A stretch of 64,000 nucleotides of DNA from Candidatus Heimdallarchaeota archaeon (GTDB lineage: Archaea; Asgardarchaeota; Heimdallarchaeia; Heimdallarchaeales; Heimdallarchaeaceae): the NCBI GenBank assembly GCA_021399345.1, contig JAAFKI010000112.1, positions 64,001-128,000 on the forward strand. Direction: 5' to 3'. Below are positions 62,818 to 64,000 of this stretch, one piece after another. The position numbers and the translations under genes were made by a program. The notes under the pieces were generated by a model that ran no database searches, was not told the origin of the DNA, and saw nothing but the letters and a program-made list of their open reading frames with translations. Every line of letters begins with the position of its first letter. Within the stretch, counting starts at the first letter, position 1.

Positions 62818-63021
62818 AAAGTAATAATAGATTTTAGTGATTTAACTTTATTTGTCATTTTATGTCTTCCATAGATGAATTTGAGTGTTAAGTTCAAACA
62901 ACCAAAGAAGAAGAATAATAAAGGTTTGAACTTGTCCATGACAAAGATTGATTAATTTCTAAGTATTGTATATATTAGGAACCCTCATCTTGAATTAGCT
63001 GTAAAGAAGTAGTGTGGTATC

Positions 63022-64000
63022 ATGCATAAAAAACATCAGAGATTTTTTTCAATGTTTTTCGTTATTTTATTCTTTTTTGTAATATTTAATGGATTGAATG
63101 TTGGAACTGGGGAAGTGCAGATTTACAACAAAACCCTTTCTTCTGAAAACTCTGATGTGAGATTCATTTATATTGATGATCAAGACAGATTGATAGTTCT
63201 TCCACAGGAGGATTCTTACGGAGTTCAACCCTTCGTGCTTGATATTGACGATGATTCTCTTCTTGAAACAGTTATAGTTGCTGATATGGGCGAAACACAG
63301 GGTAAAATAGTATATTTGATTAAAGATGAAAGTGTTGCAAGTGGTTGGCCATTAAAGCTTTACTGGGATATGAATGATGTTGAAATCCTAGGCAGAATGG
63401 ACTTAAACAATGGTAATGATCCTAGGATAATCATACGTTACACTAAAGACATTCTTGATAATATCACAACTTCATTCATTGCAATAGATGTTGAAGGGAA
63501 TATTGATGTATCTTGGGGATTCGAACTTCCCGGTTCCTTTATTTCTCACACAATAGTTTCTGATTTAAATAAAGATGGTAACAAGGAATTTGTTCTCATT
63601 GATAAAAATGAAACAGTATATTATTTGGATAACTTGGGGAACAACATGATGAATTGGCCAATGAAAGTAAATGATTCTACAAATTTCATTCCACCAGTAG
63701 CGGAGGATATCACAAATGATGGAGAAAAGGAGATAATTGTCACCACTGATAAAGGATTCATCTATGCATGGTTCTTAAATGGTTCAATTATAGAGGGGTT
63801 TCCACTTAAAATTAATGTCACATATCCAGTCTTTGAGGAATTTAGGGAGATGCCAATGATAAGTGATTTTAATCTTGATGGTGATGTAGATTTATTCATA
63901 GCGTCCACTGATGCGTATATGTATGGAATAACACTTGATTCTGAGAATAACAAAACATGGGTAGAAGCAATTCCTAATTCAGTGTATACAACTCAAGGCA
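63022..64000 (+). CDS. Secreted FG-GAP/VCBS-repeat beta-propeller protein; 3' end runs off the window
   Basis: Not in the ORF track. Signal peptide, then DIDDDSLLET, GWPL, DLNKDGNKEFV, NWPM, DITNDGEKEII, GFPL and DFNLDGDVDL. Confidence 0.85.
   Translation, partial: MHKKHQRFFSMFFVILFFFVIFNGLNVGTGEVQIYNKTLSSENSDVRFIYIDDQDRLIVLPQEDSYGVQPFVLDIDDDSLLETVIVADMGETQGKIVYLIKDESVASGWPLKLYWDMNDVEILGRMDLNNGNDPRIIIRYTKDILDNITTSFIAIDVEGNIDVSWGFELPGSFISHTIVSDLNKDGNKEFVLIDKNETVYYLDNLGNNMMNWPMKVNDSTNFIPPVAEDITNDGEKEIIVTTDKGFIYAWFLNGSIIEGFPLKINVTYPVFEEFREMPMISDFNLDGDVDLFIASTDAYMYGITLDSENNKTWVEAIPNSVYTTQG

Overview
AT-rich archaeal chromosomal segment, most likely from an Asgard archaeon (Heimdallarchaeia-like). 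This is inferred from archaeal TATA/BRE promoters, GGTGA/GGAGG ribosome-binding sites, poly-T terminators, MptE, a membrane RING-H2 protein, a PIG-B-like mannosyltransferase and TPR proteins with longin-like tails. Most of the window is heterotrophic metabolism and cell-surface genes: GH2, GH3, an MFS sugar transporter, a KstD-like dehydrogenase, an SDR, an M20 amidohydrolase, two DEAD-box helicases, two FAD-linked D-2-hydroxyacid dehydrogenases (one with EtfB and a ferredoxin-fused EtfA), beta-helix surface proteins, QueD and MptE. The standout is an unannotated system spread over 25.8-49.7 kb. (1) There are seven paralogous ~110-160 aa CxxCG...HxC zinc-binding proteins. Six have a palindrome or half-site directly downstream of their own TATA box. 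In four modules the same module-specific 20-21 bp palindrome recurs in multiple copies at the promoter of the neighbouring gene or operon, which suggests a new family of locally acting transcription regulators. (2) A diverged, duplicated cassette of micro-ORFs is under these operators: two 48-aa basic peptides, two 49-aa membrane peptides and an RPxxxLxRIL membrane pair, mostly below the ORF-track cutoff. (3) A ~380-nt, densely base-paired, pseudoknotted, ORF-free plus-strand RNA with its own TATA box lies inside one cassette. No rRNA, tRNA, CRISPR array, integrase or transposase was recognised.
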